Below are positions 27,001 through 41,190 of a stretch of DNA of 64,000 bases, piece by piece (position 1 is the stretch's first letter; each line of letters opens with the position of its first letter). A model generated the notes under the pieces. The model was given only the letters and a program-made list of their open reading frames with translations. It was not told the DNA's origin and did no database searches. Source of the stretch: Amoeboaphelidium protococcarum X5. Its lineage: Eukaryota; Fungi; Aphelidiomycota. Both the position numbers and the translations under genes were made by a program. The DNA lies in contig JALDTO010000192.1 of assembly GCA_023515725.1 (NCBI GenBank), forward strand, positions 558,001 to 622,000. Direction: 5' to 3'.

Positions 27001-30000
27001 TTGTCCAGCTACAAGGAAGCAGATTAACTGCCCTACTACTCCGGCTAATCTTTCTATTGTTGCACAATGGCATCCAATAAAGAAAGACGAGATGCTTTTG
27101 GACTATTAGCCGCGGACGAGAACTTGCTGATTTTATTTCCAGATCGCGTTAAAGATTCCAATGGACGCAGTACAGCATCGACAAAATTATCAACACCAGG
27201 CAGCCCATAATCAATACCATTAAAGATGGATGTCAACAGCTGCAGAAAGTTACGCTCAAGAACAGCTCTTATCACTACCGGCTCAGATCCGGCCTGTGAA
27301 AGCTACATATTATTACTTCTTGCGGCAGTATTCCCCAGCTTAGGACTAATTATCTTCTGCAAAAGATCACAATACGCAAGCAGAGCTCCATATTTTGAAT
27401 TCATATCATTCTGTTTGTACAAGCTAAACTTCATACATCTAGCCAGTTGATCAAGAACAAACTTTCTCAATCCAGCCAAATCCTGAATAGAATTCAACAC
27501 TGGAGTCGAACGACCAGATTTTTGAGTCAGACCACCAGAAGGCGATTGCGTTTATACTTCGTCTACAGAGCACAGAGCTACCACAACATGCATAGACCAT
27601 AGAGAAACATTCAGCAGAGTTTTATCAGCCTTCGGTAGATTAGATTTGGCGTGATAATTCAAGTTAGGATACGGAATCAAACGGCGCATAAGCAGCTAGA
27701 TAAACTTTTCAAATTATCCAAGAGATCCCAGCAAATCACCGCCTTTGAACATGGCCAGGCGAGTACATGGGAATGATATAAATATCTCAGACAGCATCTA
27801 GAGGTTCAAAGACAAATTGAAACGGTCTACTTCTTTAACGCTATCTCTATCCTTAGCCGTCTTATCGTCAAAAGCCAGAATATTACGCAACAGTATGGAA
27901 ATCACAGCATTCATAGCTCCCAACTAATCAGAAGAGTTCAGACATTTCATAGTCTCCCCGACAAAGTCAAACTTCTTCTCTTCTACATTCTGCTAATCTT
28001 CTTAAATGGAATCCGATGCTTTGAAAACGGCATTAATTGACTGGATCTAAACAAAAATACCATTCTTGGAATACTGAGTGAGCTTGCACTAATCTTTCGC
28101 GGCATCCACAAAAGACTATGGATGTCTGATTATAGCAGCAGCAAAGTTCTTGACGAACAAACTAACATCTGTAGTACGTTGACGCGGAGTATTGAGCCAA
28201 GTATTGATATCAGATGCAAAGCAAAGTCGAAGCATATCCGGTGACTCAACAATATGCCTGACAAGAACACAAACTAATGCAGATAATCCACGAACGTGCA
28301 GTTACTGAGAACGCTCGAGGATAACTTCTAGAGCACTTTTTCCATCATTGTTAGCTGCGGTCAACAACTGCTGAATAACACCGTTAACTCGTGAGGACAA
28401 TACAAAAAGGCGAACAACTTACACCATTAGATCACCGTTAATCACCTTATCATCACACAGTAGAGAAATTACGACAGAACAGAGTTTAACAATCAAATCC
28501 TTCACTTTCTCTGACAACTAAATTTTCACAACCATATTAGGCTAATAGGAATCATCATGATCAGTAAGATCAGTCACCGTTTCTTTAACAATCTAGAAAA
28601 ATGGCTTGACGAGATATTCGACAATAGCCAAAATACAGCAGATCAAATTACGAGACAATACGCTATCCACGTCTGTCACTTACTATAATTTATGAATAAA
28701 CTCTGCGGCACTAGTTAAGATGCTCACTGCAGTATTTTCTTCACTAGACTTTTGCTAGAAAGATTGCACCAATACAACGGCAAACGATAACTTATTCTAG
28801 GCGGACTTGAGTTAATCAGCACTTTCAAGATTATCCAAAGTCAAAGAGGTAATGACACAATCATTAAACACATTTACAAGCAAATCCTACTTTTTAGCAT
28901 AAACTTTCAAGATTAGATTCTTAAATCCACTAAAGTCATGACCAATGCGACTAATAAACTCTTTCATATGATTTGATATAAATTCCCTGAGATTATCTCT
29001 AGCTTCTTTCAAATCCTTAAGATACTGCGCGGACTCAATCTGCTTCTGTGTCAACTCTGTTTTTTCTTCTTCACCTTAACTCTTATCCTCCTCATCTTCT
29101 GACATCTGATCGTCGTCACTATCAACATCTTCGTAATCATTGTCACCATCATCTGATATCGCATCCTCATCCATGGCATCATCTCTGTTCAAAGTAGGTA
29201 CATCAGTGCTAGATCCTGCAGCAGGAACATCAACTAGCGCTGGCATATCGTCTGTATTTGCAGGTGCCTATCTATAATTACCGCCAGCACCGATATTCAA
29301 ATTCAACGAAAGCAGATGATCATACGCTTCTTCAACATTGTTACCATATTGCTAAAGAACACTTAAACAACGACGTCTACTAAATCCGAGATTTATAAGT
29401 CTTTCAATGTCTGCCTCGCTGACATCTAAATTGCGAACCACAGTGGCACCGGGTACTATCTACCTGATCTCCTCAACAATCTTTGAGACTTCAGAAAACT
29501 AGGTATTAGATTCGCGATCTGCGTCAAAGATGTTGGTAAACACGTTCATAAACAATCTCTAAGTATCCGGTTTGATCTTTGCAAAATCCAAAACCTTCAT
29601 TATCGGCGCCAGCTTAGTAATGCACATCAAACGGCAATTGACTAAAAACTAATGGGGACTAAAGTCTATCTCAATGACTGGAGCCCCCAACTCTCGATTT
29701 TTCCCCAAAAAGTACTAAGTATGTTTGGAGTCATGAATAGATTTCGACGCACAAAACAACTAGAATACCATCAACAAATTATTTAGCAGTCCCTCGCATT
29801 TCTATATGCCAAGCTTTTACTCTTTGTCAACCATCCCTACAACATCTTCAGTGAGATCCAGATACTCTGCCAAATTTTTACCAAATATATCCAGAAAAAG
29901 CTCAAGACCACCATGATTGACAAAAGTCACTGCAGTAATGGTCTGTAGCATATCCACAGATCTCTCATCAGTGATCAGCGTCTAAAGAAACCCAGTGCCA

Positions 30001-33000
30001 ATCTGCAAATAATGATACCTCACCACACCTTTAGTGGCTGGAACACGATCCCATTGCAACATAGCTAAACATTATTTAACAAACAGCTCGGAAATGGTAA
30101 TAGCAAGCGGTCTTTACTCGGTCTTCATCCTCTTGGGAGGAAGAAGTATTTTAGATAGACCTTGAAGCAGAGGCACAATAAAGGCCGTAGTTTAAGACAG
30201 GAGGTAGCGAAGAGCTTTCACATTTCTTACTCTAATATCATAAGGATTCGGATACTTGCGATCCTCCTTCTTCTGGGGAACTTTTCCCTCAGCATTAACC
30301 TGTACTCCCGCCAACTCTTTAGGTACCTCTTTTCGAAAAAACTAGATTTCTAACGCACAAAACTTATAAAGCTCAAACACTTGACGCAAAACAAATAACC
30401 CAGCGTCAGTTGAGAAACAGCTAACCATATCAAAAGCAGAGGTGGCCTACAACATCATCGGAGAACTAAAGACGTCACAAAGAGCGCCGACATGAGCATG
30501 AACAGAGGCCATGGCTCTAAAATTCTCCCGACCTTGCTCAACATGCAAAGGATCCGATCCAGAAATCAGATCTATATACTTGGCGAAGATTGACTTCTAA
30601 TCAGAGCATTTAAACAATTGCTGACACCCATCAAATGCCGTAGAAGTTTTCTCTAGCAGACAAGTCAGTACTTGACGGATATCAATGCCAGACATTACGC
30701 GCAAGACACTAGAGCAACTGAAGCTCGCCAGTGAAGATCCAAAATCATACGGCAGCGATGGAAGAGAGTACAAATCTAACAGCGCTTCCAAGCCACCCAT
30801 CTTCATAAAATCGCCAGCATGACTTTCCGTCTAAAAGAATCCTTCAGCAAAACGAGCACAAATATCCACAAAGCACATAATAGGAGATTCATGTGTCTCA
30901 TCCTTAGTGGCAACGTCTTCATCAACAAATTCAATAGCGCCTACATAAGCACCAGCCTCATAGGTGAGCAATTAATGTCCAGACTTTATCGGATCACGAC
31001 CGACAACATCGACTCCAGACGTACGACCAAAGACGGCAACTTTGAGCAAGATATCCCTGAATGACTTTAAAATATCGTCCTTCAAACGCGGATGATGTCT
31101 AACCAGCTCATCAAACGACGTACCCAATGCTGAACTAGCATCCTCATCAAGCAGAGGTCTGATATGCTCGCTAGACATAAAGGTATTAAAGAAGTTAGGG
31201 AACGGATTCATCGCATGTACCTTGTCAAGAGCAGATGAATTCAGACATATAGCACCAAGAGTGTACGGAATAGAGAACAATAAATCAAATGAAGCTGGAT
31301 ACTCCAAATTCAACACTCCAATAAACTAGTCCACAACCCCTTTGTCCTGTAAGACAGCAAAAGCAGCTGGCTCATTGTGTATCATGGAGCCAAACAAGTT
31401 ATACGCCATCGCAGTTATAACAGCACCAAAAGCGTTCACATTCTTCATGACAGACAGTATTATATCAGGCAATGGGGATTCTACAAGATTTCTAATACGA
31501 TCATTACCACCCTGACTCTGCATTGTGTGAATGATAAATCGCACCAGACTTTTAAACAGAGAAATCCTGTTGTACGGGATCTTTTCAGACGATACGTTGG
31601 GACTCTTTTTACCAACACCGATAGACACAGGAGAGGTGCCTGTAGAGGAGGGCTGCATATTAGTGTCATCAACCATCATCATATATACACTTTCCTATTC
31701 TATGGCAGGAGACGCTTATGATTTTTCATAATCCAGGCAGACATCCAGCTCCTATTTAATACATCTGACAATAATATTGAATCCGTCTGCATCAGCAATC
31801 GCGTCAAAGACACCAGTGACATTACTTGCATACGAGACAGTATCCAGAATCGTGGCTAGCTTGGTAAAAATTCTCAAGCTCTCCTTTGGCAAAGAATGTT
31901 GGAAAGCACTCAGCACCACTGGTACAATACCGGCTTGGACTAACTAATTACCATAATCTTTATTAGCTAGCAGAGTGGAGATTAAGCACAACAAAGAGTC
32001 CATGAAATTACAGTCTAATCTTCTATCAGCATCATTCCCAATATTGCAAGCATCAATAATAGATTTACGTAACAAGAATAGTAGTATTCCATGAGAAGCA
32101 CCCAGATTCAGCACTCCCATCAAGTCATTAACCTTGCCACGATGCTAACACATTGCCTCAAACAGTACCAGGGCAGCTGCTTATATAGATGACGGAACAC
32201 TAAAATTAGACTGCTAAACTGAATCAAGCAGACCTGCAACATCTTTCATCACAAATGAACATCTGTCAAATAGCTCAGCATTTGCAATCACCTCCTGAGA
32301 CATGAACGTATACAAAGCCATAGCGAGCAAACGAATTCTCAACAACTATAACCGGGTCTGGTACGTCTACATCCCATTGACAAATCTGAGTGAATGCAAT
32401 AGTTGAACCTGCATTTCCTGAGGCACTTTGTATTTCTAAACAAGGCTGTTAAATTGCTCCATCACATTGTCAGCATAAGGAACTTTAAATTTTATAAAGC
32501 CATTTCCACTCGATGCACCACCAACATCGACCAGATTCTCCTCAACTCCAGATGAATCTTATTATTATTACTATTATTATAAAGCTTAAGATCTGTAAAA
32601 GGAGAATATCATATCAGCATCTTTCACTTTATGCTCCGGATTACAGACATCTTTAAGAGAAGAATTCGATTGCCAGGCGAGTGATAACGAGCGCAGAGCT
32701 GCAGTACTTACATGAACAACAACGCCCTAAGTCTTGAACGGTCTCACAGACACTGATCGCTAAGCAGGACGGACTAGAAGCTTAAGCACACACTCCAGTA
32801 CATCCAGATCATTTACACCCAAAAGACAATTCAGATTATCATAGGAATTATACACTCCCCTATTCATGGCATTCTCCAGCAACATGCGAGACATTGTGAG
32901 AACGGCAATAAGAGTCTACTTATCAGCAGCTTCCATCTAACCGAGCTAAACCTTCAGTCGATCACGAGTGGCCACAATCTTCTTGTCATCTTTGCGGTAG

Positions 33001-33326
33001 AAACCACCAGCCATGTCCAGAGCGCCATTCTAATCATCATCAGAAGACAACACGAGTGGAACAGTTCCCAGCTCATACTTCTTGATCATATCAGAATAAA
33101 ACTAGTCAAAGCAGTCCAGAACTGACACAAAATGATACATGTCCACTTTAGGATACGTCCATTCTAAAGTGCTCACTTCCACGCTCTGACCACAACGCAA
33201 AAACTTGTCAATTATGGAGACCCATTCACGGGGATCACCACTAGCATTGACAATCTTTCGAATAAAAGTCTTAAAAGCCTATGGAGGATTACTCAAACGT
33301 TTTGGAGGACTCTTTGTAATCTTCAT
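24087..33326 (-). CDS. TOM1: Tom1/HUWE1-like giant protein (DUF908, DUF913, UBA, acidic tract, UBM/DUF4414) without HECT domain; 3079 aa
   Basis: MKITKSPPKRL, WTYPKVDMYHFVSVLDCFD, LLENAMNRGVYNSYDNL, IHNEPAAFAVLQDKG, FDELVRHHPRLK, UBA IERLINLGF, UBM IDVMFLQALPDDLRVEVI; ORF-track fragments share one frame ending at TGA 24087. Confidence 0.88.
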
Positions 33327-34343
33327 TATTTATTCAATCACCACCTTTGTGTAATGTGAACACTTTTAAATTGATGAAGGGAGAAGAAATAGGATTTTAT
33401 CATCAAAAGAGAGAGACAGAGAGAGAGAGAAAAGCCAAAACGAATCCTGATCGCGCCTGACTCAGAAACGACTTTGAGCATTGCGCAAGAACGAAATTGT
33501 GGAACCAACAACGATCACAGCACGGAATAGTCGGTTCCGTACTGACTGAATAGTCTTCTAGTAATATGGATTATTAATTTTGCAAGTTTTTTTTCATTTC
33601 AGATACTTGGATACACTATCAAGTGTACAATAAATCGTAGGACAGAGCTTATTGGACGCGGATGAGTAACTTTGAGGCAGACATTTTACAAAAGATGCCT
33701 ATAACCAAAGCGCGTACAACTCAGGAAACATGTGAATGACTTGATAATCATCAATTGATGTTATACGATTTTATGCGCCGATATTTGTAGGATATATATC
33801 AATCAACTCAAACGGGTTTGCTATAAAGACGCGTCGTTTCATGATACAAAGCTTCGTAGTCATTCCTCACTCCCTTACATTCCTGAGTCTTTGACTGACT
33901 GAGTTGACTGAGCTGGGAAAGTGTGGTCGCTGGATGTTCAGTAGTATTATATTAGATTGCCGTGGTATGAAACGTTTTCGAATCAATCGTTTTTACAAAA
34001 TCGGAAGTCATCACTGATTGCCCAATTCACACAACACGATAATGGTATATAGAAAGCATACATGAAGCTAGCAGATTTTGATGATTTAAAATTGCAGCGA
34101 ATACAGCAAGTAAAATCAATTTTAATCTTCATCAGCGCGTAAATCTTTAAAAAGTTGTCTTATTACTGATGTACACTGAGTGATGCCTATGACGGGACGA
34201 ACGCATTATCGCTCCGTTCTACTTCACATTCGTCTTTGTTGATCGCGCAGTAAAAACAGTCGTGTTATATTCATATTTTGTCTGAACAATATTAGCATCT
34301 GGATATATTTGAGTCTGTAAATTTAATAAGATTGAATACAATA

Positions 34344-35909
34344 ATGACAGACCAAGTGGTGTAAGGAAAAGTCTTGATTGAAGAAGACGTGCTTGAAGAT
34401 GATACTGCTGAGTAACAATAGCAAAGCTAACCACCAGCACCTGCGGGTCATATTCCTTAATCGAAAGCCGTAATTAAATAGCACCGAAAATGCGTGACTG
34501 CCCTCAGTTTTACACCGTAAGGCAACCATCTGATTACGGGATCTAGGGATTATAGTGTCCATCTGTATGATTTCAATCAAATGGACCAGTCGCTGTAATC
34601 TTATAGGTAGATATACCCATGGGATGGATACCACATTCATGATTTATAATTCAATCGGAAGGGAAATGCGTTCATCTGTTGCAGTGGAGCATCTAGTGTC
34701 AAGCTGTTTAATCGCGATGGATCAGAGCTGGTTGAGTTCTAGAGTGGTGATATGTATCTGAAGAATTTGAAGCGCTGCTCTGGTCATATTTCCGCTGTAT
34801 CTCAATGCTTATGGAGTCCACATGATGAGAGCGTATTCGCCACCGGGTCCACAGATTCCACGATACGTATATGGAGTGTGGAGTAGAAGCGATAGAGTAA
34901 GGAGTGTTATGAGCTGCCTAGTAAGAAGAACTACTCCATTGGACGACTGGATAACGCGGTCAACTCAATCTGCTTTAAAGATTCGAGCGGTAACATTGTG
35001 ATGGGTGCAGGATAATTGAATGGATCTATATTTGGTTTTGATAGACGGACACCTCACATGAGACCGTGTATATAGATTGAGAATGCGCACACACCTGGCA
35101 ATGAGATTTGTAGTATACTCACTTTGAGTAAAGATTCCAATACGTTATTGAGCAGGTGTACTGATGGATCATTAAAGTCTTTTGATTTACGCGGTTTAAA
35201 GCAGTGCTTGAATGAAGTGAATGATTTATCGTGTTCGTTCCCAGAAGCCAATATTATCACTGATCCTACTGAAAAGTATGTTCTTGTTCCCGTATCTGGC
35301 GATTCGAGATAAGGAATTCCCGGGTCTTTATCCATTCATGCTATATCTGATCTCTCATTGGTAGATACAATCTCTGATTTTAGTAGTTCAGTCGTGCGAC
35401 TGTGTTGGAATGAATAATCAAACCAAGTTGCCGTGGGGTGCAGTGATGGTTCAGTGTCTATATTATATGATGATGATGATCATTAAGATGATGGTGCTGC
35501 TCAACACAAATAGACAAACAAGCAGAGAAAGTGGGTTGGCATTCTGAAAGCATTGCATAAATCTGTGAAGAGAAAAGCATAAAAAGATCATGATCCTCAT
35601 CAAACAATCTATACTCCTGATGATAATGGCTTCTTTCGAGAGCATAATGACTGGAGAAAAGAGAAGAGGAAATAGAAGATGCTGGAGCGTTAATAGCAGA
35701 ATAAGATAAGAAAACTTGACGAGGCTGCATCATTACCGAAAGGCTTCGTTCCATCCAAGAAGATTAATCTCATGCAAGATCCGGACTAGGATTCTTCAAC
35801 GCGTTAATAGTCTGGATCATCATCAAAATATATAGCAGAAGATCCGCGCAAAGAGTTGTGGAAGTATTCTTAATAAGAGGATGAGGATGTTAGTGCCGAT
35901 GACATGTGA
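34344..35909 (+). CDS. WDR70: WD40 protein WDR70-like
   Basis: LITGSRDYSVHLYDFNQMD, LFNRDGSELVEFQSGDMYL..GHISAV, AEDPRKELWKY. Confidence 0.8.
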
Positions 35910-36050
35910 ATATAAAGATTGAATTCAAGAATATATAGAAAAATTGCGTGATAATATCATGTGAGTTTAGTATTTTGCTTTTCATGTATTCTTCAAGTTA
36001 TTCGCTTCCAAGTGGCCCGTCAGATCCCCATACGATTGCTAAAAGTAACT

Positions 36051-37598
36051 TCAGACGTTTGGAGATATCATGAAAGATACCAAATCAAACTTGGTGACAA
36101 TATGCTTCACTGCGCCATTACCACTGGCATCCTCGGTGACTATAGCAGAGCTGTGCTTATCAAAGAACTTGATCATGTCCACCAGAGGTGTCTCTGGAGT
36201 CACAGGCACAAATCCGTTAGATTTGTCCACTCTGTACATGACTTTACTCACGGCATCGCCAAGAGTTGCACGTCCATGGCTAACTTTAGATAGAATGTTG
36301 CCCAGAGTGACCAGGCCGAGCACTTTACCATCTTTCGAATCAATTACAGGCACTTGATCAAAGTTTTTGGTTTTCATAATCTTGGCCGCCTCCTGGCAGC
36401 TGGTAGAAGAGTTGACGCAGACAGCTTGCGGCAGATTCAGATCTTTAATCTTGGCCGGTCCAAACTAGAACATTGTCTCCTTAGTGAGCGGACTGAGAGG
36501 TTCTTCAATGTAAGAGCTGGCAGACTGCATATTGATAAACTTGTTATTCGCCATCCAAGTATCATTCAGAAACTTGCTCATATAATTTCTAACAGAGTCA
36601 GCAAACAGGACTACGGCGACAAAATCTTTATCTCCAGCGCGACCATACTCTTTGATAGCCCTCATAGCTCCGTCCATTGCGGATCCACTAGAGCCACCAC
36701 ATAGAATACCCTCCTCGCGAATCAGACGGCGACTGTACGCAAAAGAGTCCTTGTCATTAGATTTGTACCATTTATCAACAACTGATCTGTCCAGTACGCG
36801 TGGTATAAAGTCATATCCAATACCTTCAACCTTGTACGAGGCAACAGATGAATTCAGAGACTCTGGCAAGGCCAAAATACTTCCATGCGGATCGACGCCA
36901 ACCACAATGCACTTTGGACACTTCTCACGCAATTTCCTGCCAATACCAGCAATAGTTCCACCGGTACCGGCACCGCAGATGAACATATCAATCTTACCAC
37001 CACATGCAGACAGAATCTCTTCAGCAGTGCCATCATAATGCGCCAGCGGATTGTAAGGATTCGAATACTGGTCCAAAATCACAGAATTTGGAATTTCCTT
37101 ATTCAATTTCTAAGCCACAGAAATATGACTCTCCGGACTATCGAACGCTGCCTCAGTTGGTGTACGAACAATCTCTGCCCCGAGAGCCTTCAGAACATCC
37201 ACCTTCTCCTAGGACATCTTCTCTGGCATAGTAATGATCGCTCTATATCCTTTCACCGCCGCGCACAAAGCTAATCCAATACCAGTGTTACCCGATGTTG
37301 GCTCAATGATTGTGTATCCAGGCTTAAGTCTACCATCGCGCTCAGCCTCTTCTACCATTCGCTTTGCAATTCTATCCTTGACCGATCCACCGGCATTGAA
37401 AAAATCACATTTAGCGTACACTTGACACTGGACTCCCTCTGATTGTGGAATCTTGTTCAACTTTACCAGCGGGGTGTTGCCGATGTGATCAAGGATGGTG
37501 CCACAAACCTGGGCTTTTTTCGAGTTTGCGCAATCCAACACCTGATGTCTATGCGGATCCTTCTCAGTAGTCGTGTTAGGAGACCAGGTGCAAGTCAT
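36051..37598 (-). CDS. CBS: Cystathionine beta-synthase with N-terminal heme motif and C-terminal CBS domains
   Basis: [48 protein letters not shown] domains; N-terminus CTW..PHRH. Confidence 0.96.
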
Positions 37599-37759
37599 AT
37601 TGTTGCTTCTACTTTGATAATTGTATATAGAGTTGATAAATCGGGACGAATAAGGAACCAAGTAAAAAGTATGAGAAGTTCTGTGAGAAATAATCGGCAA
37701 ATCAGGAACGGCTAAGTTTTCAAACTTTTTTTTCTCGATTTCTTCTGACAGCGGTGTTG

Positions 37760-37793
<34 letters not shown>

Positions 37794-37800
37794 GAGGAGA
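37760..37800. repeat. (AG)n/(ACAG)n microsatellite in a divergent intergenic region
   Basis: gagagagagacagacagacagacagacagacagagagg; similar AG tracts at about 33408-33430 and 61678-61695 upstream of other genes. Confidence 0.8.
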
Positions 37801-38014
37801 GCGATGAACCAACAACAACAACAAATGAAGATTGATGAAGATCGCCCGTCTCTTTCGCCTTTGTTGTTGACTGATCTTACTGTTGGCGAAGAGGGAGAAG
37901 CTAGAAATTAGATTTTGCATTGCCTTGTCCATTGAATAGTTCCTTCCGACTTTCTCTTTATCAATTCATTCATATAATTAGGAGTAATCACAAAACGGTC
38001 AGTTCTTTTATGAG

Positions 38015-39475
38015 ATGGATATTTTGAAAGATAAAGTTTTGAGAGATGGAAGGTAGCGGTGGATAGATCGGGAGTTGAGAAAGAGGGAAGATGCGTATAC
38101 ATCGCATGCTGAGTTGAACGTATTCATCGGAACTTGGAATGTGAATGATAAATTGTGCAAAGACAGTCTTCGGACATGGCTGAGTGAGTAGTCTGATATC
38201 TATGTGATTGGCCTGCAAGAGATGGACATGTCGACTGAGAGTGTCCTATTGACAGAGACTCCGAAATAGCTCTAATGGCTCTCCCTTATCACGTCTAATC
38301 TACCCAGGAAATCTAAGCTCTTGGTCTCTAAATAACTAGGAGGATTATTTTTAATGATATTTCAGAGTGCGCAATGTAAATTGAATGTGGATAAACAGTT
38401 TGTGGTTGATGTAAAGAGCACCGGAGTAATGTCGCTGGCCAATAAAGGCAGCATAGGCGCCGTGATTAAAATTGAAGGATCTACTCTGTGCTTTATCAAT
38501 AGTCATTTCGCTGCAGATACAAATATGCTGGAGCGGCGTAATTGGGAGTATTCGGAGAGTAGGAGTAAATTGTTTAATGGCAGGATGGATGTTTGTGATT
38601 ATGTTTTCTGGTTTGGTGATTTAAATTATAGGATTAATCTGCCACATGATCAAGTCAAGTAATTGCTCATGGATACTGATGGTAATAATAACTTTCAGGA
38701 ATTGCTTTATCATGATCAATTGCGAATTGAGATTGAACGAGGTGGAGCATTTAAAGATTTCACAGAACGGGATATTCAGTTCTAACCATCTTACAAATAT
38801 GATCCTGGAACTAATATTTATGATTCTACAGAAAAGATGCGTACACCATCATGGTGCGACAGGATATTGTACAGAGTCAGGGATAAAAATAAGCTTCAAG
38901 TTCTTTTATACGATGTGGATATGAATATGAAAATTTCTGATCATAAACCGGTGAAGGCCTTCTTTCGACTCTAATAAATTAAAGTGCCGGATCCCGTAAA
39001 AAAGCAGGAAGTTGTATGGGAACTTATGAAGTTGCTGGACAAGTATGAGAATGATGCCATACCTGACGTGTCAATAAGCTCCCACTCTGTAGAGTTTAAT
39101 GATCTCTCGCTATTTAATGGAAATGCTCTGCAAGATGGATCGTCTCTGACCAGAGTCATTGAAGTCAAGAATGTCGGAAGATCACTGGCTAAACTTAAGT
39201 TTATTCCATCTCATTAGACCTCAATTGTATGTCCTAAATTCTTGAAGATTAATGCACTTGACTTCTCGATTATGCCAGGCGATTCTTTTAATGTGGAAAT
39301 CACGCTGGCTCTTGACACTCACACTCTCTCAGAGATGAACGCGTCAAAGAATTTCACTCTGGATCGAATACTTATACTTCATGTGGAGAATGGGAAAGAT
39401 ATGTTTATTAGTGTGCTGGTGAATTGCAAATCCTCTAGCAGTAGTAGACCAATCAGTTAGCCTTCTAGCGTATGA
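38015..39475 (+). CDS. OCRL/INPP5B-type inositol polyphosphate 5-phosphatase with ASH domain (start uncertain)
   Basis: FIGTWNVN, GLQEMD, NKGSIG, FINSHFAA, FWFGDLNYR, PSWCDRILY, SDHKPV, LDRILILHVENGKDMFI. Confidence 0.85.
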
Positions 39476-39567
39476 TGTTTATATAAATGTATATTTGCAT
39501 TATTACAGCAATAGAGTATTTTATTTAAAATTGAATAGGTTTATTTTATATAGTTGTTGACATTATA

Positions 39568-39942
39568 TCACCGGTCAGTTATGAACTTTATGGACGCGTT
39601 TGTTAACAAAAGTATGCCGTTTTGCATGTAACCGTTTTGAATAGTAATGAATTGACCCTGCTTCAAGTCGTTACTTAACAATCTGCATCGTTCCAACTCT
39701 GCAGCCTTGATTTCCTACTTGCCATCACTTAACACAAGCATGTATAGAGGATTCTTGATTTCTGCATTTCTGGACTTTTATGCATTATCGTCTTCTTTAT
39801 CATCCGGCACATCATGCTGAGTATTGCAGTTGTATGGTTTGGTTATATCTTTCACACTTTTGATCTAGAGCTTCACCAGTGCATTTCCACCTTGATCTTT
39901 AAGAATCGACTTGTGGAGTTTATTGGCATTACTCTACAACAT
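39568..39942 (-). CDS. RMI1/TDRD3-type OB-fold protein (5' end uncertain)
   Basis: VKLQIKSVKDITKP..LYMLVLSDGKQEIKAAELERCRLLSNDLKQGQFITIQNGYMQNGILLLT. Confidence 0.65.
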
Positions 39943-40062
39943 ACTTAAATCGTGGTGACTCAGTTCAGCAGGGTGACGGTAATCTAACACTCAGTGTGAA
40001 AAACAGTTGAAACAAAAGTAGTACGAAGAACAGTAAAAAAGAAAGATGAATAGTCTTCAAAT

Positions 40063-40683
40063 TCAATTAACAATCAAATGAGAAGTGTCATTCCATTTCA
40101 TTACAGATAGAACATAGTCGTATTGAGAGTGAGCAGAGACTATGAATAAGAAATGGGATCCGTTCTTGGGAAGAGTAACAATGTCGTTAAACTAGCGCGT
40201 ATTGTCATCGTTAGGGGAGATGCGCGCCGACACAGACATTGCAGACAAGTATTATTTAATCAAACCTCCGTGAGTGAAAATAACAACGTCATCTACTCTC
40301 TGTCTAAATCCATCTTGAACATACGAATCGATCGAACTTTTGGATCTTTATGAAAACTGTTCCCACGATTCACCATCATTTTAATTGACAAGTGCAGAGT
40401 ATTCTTGTCCTTCTAATCTTCCAAAATATTTGTCGCGAAATCTTTAATCAAATTTTACAAGATGATGCAGATGACGTGGCATTGCATGTAAACAAGTATT
40501 TTAACACCGCGAAAGATCGCTTGAAGCAATCAGCAGTCGATCTCCGGCAGCCCATTCAATAATATTCTTCATCCTTGAAGCTTAATTTAACCCAGTATCA
40601 GACAGTGGGATATCCAAATGTCCCTGAATAATCTTCTTTGCATTGAAAGCCGTCTCAGTATGCCGTATTAAACTTAATCTCAT
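40063..40683 (-). CDS. Histidine phosphatase / phosphoglycerate mutase family (TIGAR/GpmB-like)
   Basis: LIRHTETAFNAKKIIQGHLDIPLSDTG, SSDLSR, FGRLEG, FTHGG, WNDTSHL. Confidence 0.85.
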
Positions 40684-40864
40684 CTGATCTTTATTTCTTC
40701 AGCTTGGTGCAACAACTCACATACGGTGCGCTCGCCAGAACGATCTTTGAATCTATTTCAAATCTCAATGAAAACACTTTTCTCTTCGTTCCTTTCCTTC
40801 AAAGTGGCATAGTGACGACATTTAACACTCGCAATAGAATTAGATCCTCCTTAGATTTATCAAA

Positions 40865-41065
40865 ATGCCTTTGGTTAGAATTTCATCCGGTACTAGTCAG
40901 GTGGTGAGAATGAATTATCTCCCTAAGTTGTTGGGCTGGTCTGTGGCTTTGGGCTCTGGTGTGCTTTACATGGGAGAGTGCATTCCTAGATTGAAGAAGG
41001 ACATCTTCTACAACATCCCACTCATTGGCAACAACTGGGAAGAGTACAAGGATTGGAAAATTTGA
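40865..41065 (+). CDS. QCR10: Cytochrome bc1 subunit Qcr10/UQCR11
   Basis: PKLLGWSVALGSGVLYMGECIPRLKKDIFYNIPLIG. Confidence 0.8.
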   Translation: MPLVRISSGTSQVVRMNYLPKLLGWSVALGSGVLYMGECIPRLKKDIFYNIPLIGNNWEEYKDWKI

Positions 41066-41190
41066 AGATTTATAGTAAAAAATACTGATATAATTATATA
41101 TATATAAGAGTATCTCGGTAATATGCACACTTTTATAATCATTTAAAGATTCAAGTTTTAATCTCTCTCGCTCACTGGTACCTTTCATCA

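Noticed and set aside
26526-27080. Hydrophobic membrane-protein-like ORF on +
   Set aside because: Antisense of the Asp/Glu tract of Tom1
37804-37935. MNQQQQQMK.. as the 5-phosphatase start
   Set aside because: Different frame ending in TGA with no convincing intron to join it; could be a uORF or an indel
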